The position numbers and the translations under genes were made by a program. From NCBI GenBank assembly GCA_039698055.1, contig JBDKTL010000009.1:1-34776 (forward strand): 34,776 nt of DNA. Reading direction: 5' to 3'. Shown one piece after another: positions 28,092 through 34,776 of this stretch. A model generated the notes under the pieces. That model made no database searches. It saw only the letters and a list, made by a program, of their open reading frames with translations, and was not told the origin of the DNA. This stretch comes from Methanoregula sp. Its GTDB lineage: Archaea; Halobacteriota; Methanomicrobia; Methanomicrobiales; Methanospirillaceae. The stretch's first letter is position 1, and each line of letters starts with the position of its first letter.

Positions 28092-29039
28092 TTAGTTCCC
28101 GGTCCCCTTCGCAAGGTTCCATGCCGGGATCAGGCCACCGGGGAGGACTTCATAGTATTTCCACCCGCACCGGGGGGAAAAGACCATGATGTATTTTTTA
28201 AACTGCGCAGGGGTCCCCATCGTGCGCAGGCTGGCGACCTTTTTGGCATAATGGTGCAGGAGGGTCTTTGCATCAGGGATGGGGATACGGGTGAAGATGA
28301 CCTGGACGAGCAGCACTTCGGATTTTTTCAGTGCGATGATATCAACGGGAATGGGCGAGGCGCTGATCCGGGCGGGCAGGTAATTCCATTCCGCGAGCAT
28401 CCGCATCGCCCGGTACACGCAGCCGTTGCTTCTCGTGTATTCCGGTGCTCCCACCGGACACGTGGTTTCCGGTTCCTCGTGGAGAGGGACGATGGATACC
28501 TCCGGGGCGGTGCTGCTCCCCGGGATATCCTCCGGGGGCCTGAGGGGGAGGTCCCCTTCCTGTTGTTCATGGGTGATGACCGCTGTTTTGCCCGGTGACC
28601 TGCTGGACCCTGCATCGCATTCCGGTGGGTCGTCATGACTGCGTGGTTTGCCGGGATTCGCCGGTGTACCGGGACTTATGAGGGTACCGGGACCAACCAG
28701 AGTGCTGATACTAGCCGGGGTGCCGGAACTGACCGGGATACGAGGGCTTGGGAAGGTACCGGGACCAACCAGTGTACTGATACTAGCCAGGGTGCCGGGA
28801 CGTGGGAGGGCGCCGGGACTGGCCGGGGTAAGGGTTGCGGTACCGGATGTGCCCATGGCGGGGGCGGTATTCAGGTCCGGAGAGACAAGTTCGTAGTCTC
28901 CGGGTCCTTGTTCTTCTGCTGCTGGTGCTTCTGGCTCTCTGGTCATGATCATGGTTGACTGACCGGACGAGGGGATGACTTTTGATGCTGACATGATGCG
29001 GGTTTGTTTGTTTTGTTGGGTATTTTTACGGCGGTTCAC
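28092..29039 (-). CDS. Pro-rich repeat protein with C-terminal Hjc-like PD-(D/E)XK fold (catalytic motif degenerate)
   Basis: SNGCVYRAMRMLAEWNY..ARISASPIPVDIIALKKSEVLLVQV resembles archaeal Holliday junction resolvase, but has Q-V-I in place of E-x-K. Start uncertain. Confidence 0.65.
   Translation of the reverse strand: MNRRKNTQQNKQTRIMSASKVIPSSGQSTMIMTREPEAPAAEEQGPGDYELVSPDLNTAPAMGTSGTATLTPASPGALPRPGTLASISTLVGPGTFPSPRIPVSSGTPASISTLVGPGTLISPGTPANPGKPRSHDDPPECDAGSSRSPGKTAVITHEQQEGDLPLRPPEDIPGSSTAPEVSIVPLHEEPETTCPVGAPEYTRSNGCVYRAMRMLAEWNYLPARISASPIPVDIIALKKSEVLLVQVIFTRIPIPDAKTLLHHYAKKVASLRTMGTPAQFKKYIMVFSPRCGWKYYEVLPGGLIPAWNLAKGTGN
28683..28801. repeat. Intragenic direct repeat, 72-bp period
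   Basis: GGTACCGGGACCAACCAG.GT.CTGATACTAGCC.GGGTGCCGG at about 28683 and 28755, encoding GT.ASISTLVGPGT twice. Confidence 0.85.
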
Positions 29040-29684
29040 GGGGATGAGCGGACGCTGTTGGTGCGGATACGTTCGTCATTAGCGTCTTGTTTCATGCCGG
29101 TCCGGGGGGAGCTGCTGCTCACGGGCAGGAGACTGGTGGTCCTGGTGACAGGTGAAACGGGAGGCTTGCCGTTTACCTAAATTAAACCGGGACCCTCAAA
29201 CGCCGGACCGGCGGTCAACGTATACCAGAAAAGACGGGTGATACTCTCCCGGCCCGGGCACCCGCTGTGCATTTCCCGGAACCGGTAGCTTTGTTGTGCT
29301 GTTCAACGAGGGCAGAAAGGATGCCCATGACTGCACAGACCAGCAGCATCATCGAATAGAAAAACCCGGCGTAAAATACGGCAACCGTCCGTGCGTACCC
29401 GAGTTTTTTTATCTTCCGTGCTGTTTTTGTGCAGAAATTGCCAAGCATTGTGTAACTACAACAAGCAGGCGGCAGCATATAAGATACACGGAACCGCGAG
29501 GTTAGCTCAATGCGTCCCCGGGGAAAACCGGGCGCAATACTGCCCCGGATTGCCGCACCGGACCGCACCGCTCTTTTGACGCGGCAAAGGTTGCGAGAAA
29601 AGACCGGTTTTTTGCGGGAATTTGGTATCTTTCCTGCACAGGTGCCGCAGTGTTCACCTGAACGCAAGGTGCCCTCACGGCCCG

Positions 29685-30012
29685 GTACGCACCCACCCCT
29701 CGCCCACCATGAGGTACCCCCCATGGGGGGTGGGTCGTACTGAGGGAGGGGTACCCCATGGGGTACCTGTCATGATGGGGGAGGTACCCTGCCGGGGGGT
29801 GGGTCAGGTCCGGCAGAAGTACTGGTGGGGCACCGCTTCAAATGCACCAGAGACCCTGCTGCTTCGTGTGGAACTCACGACGGTGGGAGGTGCCGGGTGC
29901 GGTGCCGGGGCAGAGGGGTACCCCAGGGGGGGTCTGTCATGGGGGGGAGGTACCCTGCCTGGGGTACCTGTCGTACGAAGGGAGGGATCCCCCTTGGGGG
30001 GTGAGGGGGTCG
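29685..30012. repeat. G/C-rich palindrome array with seven GGTACC sites
   Basis: GGTACC at 29713, 29750, 29762, 29783, 29917, 29949 and 29963; perfect palindromes ACCCCCCATGGGGGGT (29716-29731) and GGTACCCCATGGGGTACC (29750-29767); ~55-bp unit repeated at about 29746 and 29913. Confidence 0.85.
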
Positions 30013-30160
30013 GCCCGATATAATCCTTGACCGGGTAACCGGGGAAATGTTCCCCGCTCAACGGGAAGCCTGACCATCCTGCAATAGTATTCCCGGGTTT
30101 TTTTTTGGTTTTTTCTCCGTATCACTCATATATATGAAGTACCAATATTCCATCAGAAAT

Positions 30161-30454
30161 ATGAGAGATACATCCAAGATACTGGACCAGCTGCGGGATT
30201 TACTACCTGAACTCAGGGAACAGTATCATGTCAGGAGCATTGGTATCTTTGGCTCGTACTCCAGAAAACACCAGACCGAACAGAGCGACCTCGACCTGGT
30301 TGTGGAATTTGATCAGCCGACGGGAATGATGGCATTCGTACACTTAAAAGACCTGATCTCCGACCGTTTGAATATTAAGGTTGATCTCGTTACTCCTGAC
30401 GGGCTTCACCCCCTGATCCGCGATCAGGTCATGCACGAGGTCGTGTATGTCTGA
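30161..30454 (+). CDS. mntA: MNT minimal nucleotidyltransferase antitoxin (intact, orphaned)
   Basis: IGIFGSYSRKHQTEQSDLDLVVEF...KVDLVT; start at 30161 or 30134. Confidence 0.9.
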   Translation: MRDTSKILDQLRDLLPELREQYHVRSIGIFGSYSRKHQTEQSDLDLVVEFDQPTGMMAFVHLKDLISDRLNIKVDLVTPDGLHPLIRDQVMHEVVYV

Positions 30455-30522
30455 AAAACGATCTTCTTCCCTTCTTTTGTAGGATATTTTTTTAGGCAGT
30501 GGAGAAGATCAAAAATTTTTAC
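30447..30522 (+). pseudogene. HEPN/DUF86 toxin 5' fragment
   Basis: MSEKRSSSLLL*DI...AVEKIKNF overlaps the MNT stop; in-frame stop and truncation. Confidence 0.55.
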
Positions 30523-30577
30523 CCGCTCAAAGATTGGTAAAAATGTAGGGGGAACATGGGGGATGTTTTCCCATCAG

Positions 30578-30797
30578 TCACATTAATTCATCAGGATTGA
30601 TACCGGCGTCTTTGCAGATCTGTTTTGTGATCTTCGGGTGCAGAATTTTCCCGGCATGATCCGGGACGGTTACTCGTATACCCGCATCGTTTTTTTTAAA
30701 TTTTATGACTCCCGCTCTGGCGTACACAGGTGAATCCTTTTCTCTTGAGCAGCGTGATGATTTTTTGTGCCGGGACCCGCGGGAGTTTTTCACTCAT
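30578..30797 (-). pseudogene. hicA: HicA toxin pseudogene
   Basis: MSEKLPRVPAQKIITLLKRKGFTCVRQSGSHKI*, then continues in another frame as KNDAGIRVTVPDHAGKILHPK. Confidence 0.85.
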
Positions 30798-31017
30798 ACC
30801 GGGACATCCACGGTGGTTACGTTGATGAGCTGGGCCCGGGGGATCTTCTCTTTGGATTCGATACGATCATCGAGAGGGAGACGCAGGGTATCCCGGATAT
30901 TGTCAAGGACTTCTTCATCGGTTTCTCCCTGTACATAACAACCCTGAAGTTCCGGACAGAATGCGGTATCGCCATCTTCATCTTTTTTTATTACTACAAA
31001 AAACGGAAATTGTGCAT
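30794..31017 (-). pseudogene. hicB: HicB antitoxin pseudogene (early frameshift)
   Basis: ATG CAC AAT TTC CGT TTT TTG TAG: one base shorter than the intact copy at 20527..20751. Confidence 0.85.
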
Positions 31018-31117
31018 ACCTGACCGTCTCTTTTGCATTCTTTGTTGAATAGAGAGTGGGCAGGCTGTGCAATACCTTTTTGATTGTCCGGAGGAAGCGA
31101 CAGGTCCTCATCGTTAC

Positions 31118-31465
31118 GAATTGTTCTGCATCCTGCCATACCCAGAGGGCTCCGGCTCCCTTGTGGGGATGGCTCCACGGCATCAGGTCTTTGTTTTTGA
31201 GCTCCCCGCGGAGATTGCGCCGCCGCTGGTGGAGCATCTTTTGGGTCTCGCTGATGTACATGAGAGACTCTTTTCCTGTCGGGCGGATCCGGTAAAGGCC
31301 GGGCTCGTGCGGGATTTCATGGAATTCTTGTTTGCCTGCGGTAAAGGGGACATTTGGTGACCAGGGGGGTTCTGCCACGTGAACAAGGAGAACCCGGTAC
31401 CGGTGAAGTCTGCCATGGCGTGCAGACCGGGATCCTGCGTCATTTGTGAGAGGCTCACAAATCAT
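31118..31465 (-). pseudogene. 5' half of the two-domain GIY-YIG gene
   Basis: IPHEPGLYRIR...LMYISET...MPWSHPH..A.ALWVWQDAE; ends where the 3' half at 21594 begins. Confidence 0.78.
31124..31138 (+). repeat. 15-bp direct repeat TTCTGCATCCTGCCA (right copy; att-like)
   Basis: Identical to 21580-21594. Confidence 0.85.
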
Positions 31466-31544
31466 TTCGTTTTTTTAGGAGATTTATCACTTTCACCCCA
31501 CATTCCTCGCCTTATTAATTATCCGGATAAATAAAAGATACCTG

Positions 31545-31838
31545 ATGACAGCCTCCCCGCATCCCGATGAACCCACGCTCGAAGTTGTCCGCTTCCTTGC
31601 CTGGCTCAAGAAACGGGGAGCATCGCAACGGCTGATCTACTGCAATAAAAAATGGGAGCAAAAAGGGATCAGGATAAAAGAGATCTGCCGTGGCCCGGCC
31701 CGGGGAATGATGCATGTCCAGAACGATCCGTCAACCGGAGAAAAGTGGGTCGTCCTTGATGATCTGGTATGGGCCGATAACCTCATGATCGAATTCGGGG
31801 AAGAAGTCCCGCATCACAGCCAGTGGACGGAACTGTAA
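31545..31838 (+). CDS. Hypothetical protein (97 aa)
   Basis: Clean ORF with protein-like composition, co-oriented with the next two genes. Confidence 0.7.
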   Translation: MTASPHPDEPTLEVVRFLAWLKKRGASQRLIYCNKKWEQKGIRIKEICRGPARGMMHVQNDPSTGEKWVVLDDLVWADNLMIEFGEEVPHHSQWTEL

Positions 31839-31900
31839 ATAAATATATGGATATAGAAACTTTATTTACTGTTCATAGTCTACGTATACATGTGAAACTT

Positions 31901-32416
31901 ATGACTGGAGGTACCCCTGTGCCGGCCCCCGGGGCTGATTTGGAATTCTCTGATATCCCGTATGCCGGCCTCTTTGGCGATACCGTGATTGCACGGGTAG
32001 TAGAAGAGATCATTGCCGATCCGCACTCTACCTACCGGCCCCGCGATCTCGAAGAGTTGACCGAAGCATCGTCTCCCCGTGTGCGTGACGCTCTTGTGAC
32101 ACTCACAAAGTTCGGTTTGCTGAAATCTGCCGGAGGAAAACACCCGACTTATACAGTAGACAAATCAAAAAAGACATTCGTTGCATTGACCCTGTTAGCC
32201 TACGCAACACTTGATGACCGTCAAGGATCCGACTGCATGAATACCGCTCTACAGCATTACTGTGAAACCGTTCTTCCCTGTTGTCTTGGGGGACAAGCTG
32301 TTGCCTCAACCACACCCTACCGTATTTCCAGCGGAAGTGGCATTCTCTCACCAGTCATCACGGTTGGAACAGGAAATGCGTATCACTATCTGAATGGAGT
32401 CGCGACGCAGGACTGA
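31901..32416 (+). CDS. Winged-helix (ArsR/MarR-like) DNA-binding protein
   Basis: LFGDTVIARVVEEII..P...YRPRDLEELTEASSPRVRDALVTLTKFGLLK...PTYTV; start uncertain. Confidence 0.7.
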   Translation: MTGGTPVPAPGADLEFSDIPYAGLFGDTVIARVVEEIIADPHSTYRPRDLEELTEASSPRVRDALVTLTKFGLLKSAGGKHPTYTVDKSKKTFVALTLLAYATLDDRQGSDCMNTALQHYCETVLPCCLGGQAVASTTPYRISSGSGILSPVITVGTGNAYHYLNGVATQD

Positions 32417-32421
32417 TTCGT

Positions 32422-32802
32422 ATGAACTCTCAAAAACAGACAACACCAAAAGAGCAGGACCCCCGGCAGCAGTTCCTCATTGACGTTGGCAGGATGTACC
32501 AGTTCAAGCCGGAAGAGATGATGCCCGACATCAAGACATCCACGTATTCCAACGTTTCATACCTGACCTGCACAAACCGGGATGTCTTTATCGATTTCCT
32601 TGAAATGCCCGGGATAAAAAAAGATGGGAAGATGATGATCCCTGCTACACGAGTGTACATGTCGCACTCTGCCGCCCAGCAGCTCGCCGCAACGCTCACC
32701 GGGGTACTTGAAGGCTCATACGAGCGGGGCGAGATGGAGTTCTTTACGCCCCCTTCCGGAAAAATCGCTGCAGGGACAAAAACTCCGGTAAAAAAATTAT
32801 AA
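32422..32802 (+). CDS. DUF3467-like small protein
   Basis: YSNVSYL....DVFIDF...RVYMSHSAAQQLAATL pattern; starts 5 bp after the wHTH gene. Confidence 0.7.
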   Translation: MNSQKQTTPKEQDPRQQFLIDVGRMYQFKPEEMMPDIKTSTYSNVSYLTCTNRDVFIDFLEMPGIKKDGKMMIPATRVYMSHSAAQQLAATLTGVLEGSYERGEMEFFTPPSGKIAAGTKTPVKKL

Positions 32803-33014
32803 CCTTTTTTTCTATATCCGACAAAATATTCTGAAACCGTTATCGTCTTTTTCAACCTGTTGACCCTCTAGGACTATTTGCAGGGATTTTTGTGCCACCG
32901 ATCGATGTAGCAGAAAAAAATTTTTAAATACATTATTGAGCAAACGCTCCTCGCCGGTGGATCGGATTTGGATCCAAATTTTACTATCTCCATCAACAAA
33001 CCCCCTCCGGACTA

Positions 33015-33267
33015 GGGTGCATTTCCCCCGGGAAAATTTTTTAATGATCGCAAAATCCAAAAAACAAAATCGCCGATTGTCTCTAAACTCTTGTCCGCAG
33101 GGATTGCCCTGAGCTGTTCAAATTTAATCTTCTCGTTCGTGAATGCAGTGCTGATGATCGCACTGACCAGACGTTCTTTATCCCGGGCTGCAAACCCAAG
33201 AAGATATCGTTCTACGGGATAACCTATCTCATCCAGGTAACTCGCCCATTTCTGTTTTCTTTTCCAT
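33015..33267 (-). pseudogene. RNase III-like domain pseudogene (multiple frameshifts)
   Basis: Manual translation ...LVSAIISTAFTNE...DKSLETIGDFV/LDFAII resembles the RNase III signature ERLEFLGDAVL; frameshifts in A/T homopolymers near the start and at about 33060. Confidence 0.55.
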
Positions 33268-33348
33268 AATGCCCCCCTTTTTTAAAATATGCTATGAACA
33301 GCACCTGCATCGCCGGAGGGCATACCATTTGTCGATCATCCGGGTAAA

Positions 33349-34098
33349 TTATTGATACTCTATTGGGTCCTTCACGCCCGCTTCACGAAACGCAGCCAAC
33401 CGTTCATCGCATGACCCGCATTTCCCGCATGCCTTCTCTCCACCCTTATAACAGGACCAGGTCATCGAATAGTCAACTCCCAGAGCTACCCCGCGTTTTA
33501 CGATATCACTCTTGGACAGATACAGGTAGGGCACTTCCAGGATTACGTCGTTCCAGTCGCACAGATAAAACGCCGTCGCCATCGCACTCACAAACGCCGG
33601 GCGGCAATCCGGATAGATCGTGTGATCGCCCGCATGAGCCCCGTAAAACAGATGCTGCGCAGGGATCCCGATCGCATAGGAGGCGGCAATACTGAGTAAG
33701 ATCATGTTCCTGTTCGGGACGACCGTTTGCTTCATGTTGTCACCGGTATAGTCACCCTCGGGAACTTCCCGGTCTTCGCGGGTCAGTGAAGACGGTGCGA
33801 TCTCATTGAGGATGCCGATATCGATAATTTTGTGGGGAATGTGTAATTTCCGGCAGATCTTTTGTGCACAGGCAATTTCCCTGCGGTGTTTCTGGCGGTA
33901 ATCAAACGTTACTGCGTGGACTTCGTATCCTTGATCGATTAGATCGTAGAGTAAGGTTGTGCTGTCAATGCCGCCGGAGAGGATAAGTACTGCCTTCCTA
34001 CCTTTTTCTGGAGTAAGATTGCAGGATTCCCGATCCCTGCCAGGTGAACTATCCAAAGAGTCCTGGTGGCCTTTAAAAATTCTGGAAAGTTCCGGCAT
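33349..34098 (-). CDS. queC: 7-cyano-7-deazaguanine synthase
   Basis: SGGIDSTT, FDYRQKH..E, SSLT, VPNRNMILLS, YPDCR, TWSCY...CGKCGSC..R. Confidence 0.95.
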   Translation of the reverse strand: MPELSRIFKGHQDSLDSSPGRDRESCNLTPEKGRKAVLILSGGIDSTTLLYDLIDQGYEVHAVTFDYRQKHRREIACAQKICRKLHIPHKIIDIGILNEIAPSSLTREDREVPEGDYTGDNMKQTVVPNRNMILLSIAASYAIGIPAQHLFYGAHAGDHTIYPDCRPAFVSAMATAFYLCDWNDVILEVPYLYLSKSDIVKRGVALGVDYSMTWSCYKGGEKACGKCGSCDERLAAFREAGVKDPIEYQ

Positions 34099-34358
34099 TA
34101 TCTCACGGAAAAATAATCAACGGGGACTCTATTTACCCGTTTCGACATTTTGGAACGTATAAAACCGGCGTTAGGAATTATTTGGTGGTTTGACGCTCAA
34201 CGGGGCTTCGCCCCTCGCCGCGTGGGCTTCCCCATGTTTGCCTTTACATTATATTCCTAAACGGATTGCCTGCTGATTACATTAAGGTCTAAAAGGAGTG
34301 ATTATTGAAAATGAGAGCAAAAATAATTGAAAGAAACCTGTTGAAATCTGAAATTTAA

Positions 34359-34636
34359 TTAAAGAAGATTTTTTGAGGGATCAATCAAATGTAAAGCTGC
34401 CTCCACTCCCTTAATCCCTTTCTCAAAAAAAATGACACCGAAAATTGCCTCAGTTAACGTACCTTTGATTTCATTCAATGTTTTTTCCTTTTGGACTTTA
34501 GGATCGAGATGAATCCGATACTCGAATAATTTCCATCTATCACATAATTTCGAAAAGTTTTCATTGCTTGTCAGATCTTTTCTTTCATTATGCAATTCTT
34601 CTGTTGTTGATCCTGGTTTCCAGATTTTTTGTGAAA
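34359..34636 (-). pseudogene. C-terminal half of an RNase III-like gene, interrupted by IS701
   Basis: EELHNERKDLTSNENFSKL...GTLTEAIFGVIFFEKG parallels the RNase III L...R..LVSN..LA...D.FEALIGAIYLD.G pattern; the frame is open up to the IS end. Confidence 0.65.
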
Positions 34637-34637
34637 T

Positions 34638-34776
34638 AGGACTTACGCAAAAGCGGGATCAAACCGGCAGATCAAAATAATTTAACGACAGAAGAAAAGA
34701 CCGTGGACAAGTCACGGAAGATAACCGACTTGGATTACATCAATTTCCTTGTAGCTGCGCAATGCGATGTGTCGTG
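34638..34776 (+). mobile_element. Left end of an IS701-family insertion sequence (continues beyond window)
   Basis: (T)AGGACTTACGCA end motif at 34637-34649, recalled as typical of IS701-type ends, followed by a transposase start. Confidence 0.75.
34703..34776 (+). CDS. IS701-family transposase, 5' end only
   Basis: GTG start, MDKSRKITDLDYINFLVAAQCDVS matches the recalled DLDYINFL.A N-terminus of methanogen IS701 transposases. Confidence 0.7.
   Translation, partial: MDKSRKITDLDYINFLVAAQCDVS

Noticed and set aside
29685-30012. CRISPR array
   Set aside because: Units are degenerate, there are no unique spacers of constant length, and no cas genes.
29215-30125. ORFs 29215..29724, 29622..30023, 29804..30061
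   Set aside because: Open frames explained by G/C-rich repeat DNA that lacks stop codons.
21595-31123. Call as a provirus or classical integrative element
   Set aside because: No integrase, terminase, replication or recognisable virion genes in the interval.
32812-33014. 3' part of ORF 32812..33060 as a continuation of the RNase III-like gene
   Set aside because: No convincing second RNase III motif in any frame; probably rearranged or decayed sequence.

Overview
Archaeal genomic DNA, most likely a Methanomicrobiales methanogen such as Methanoregula. This is inferred from GGTGA ribosome-binding sites, T-run terminators, an archaeal ATP-dependent ligase, NreA and a class III-signal pilin. 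The left part (1-19.7 kb) is largely chromosomal. It holds an internally deleted IS5, hisD, and a Mo/W homeostasis cluster: a MOT1-type transporter, a single-subunit molybdenum-storage-protein (MoSto) homologue, a GntR-like wHTH gene with a candidate shared operator, and tupABC. It continues with a YycJ-like hydrolase, a HisKA-REC protein lacking an ATPase domain, lig convergent with nreA, msrA and a pilin-LamG adhesin. The right part (19.7-34.8 kb) is a rearranged accessory island. A two-domain GIY-YIG gene is split by a 9.5-kb interval bounded by perfect 15-bp direct repeats. A hicBA/MNT-HEPN block is duplicated with all toxin copies destroyed. About 168-bp direct repeats flank an AAA ATPase plus an intact MNT-HEPN pair. 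There is also an unexplained 167-aa + 46-aa gene module, a degenerate Hjc-like protein, a GGTACC palindrome array, an orphan queC between two RNase III-like remnants, and the left end of an IS701 element at the window edge. No rRNA, tRNA or CRISPR array was seen. All family calls come from motif recognition, not database searches.
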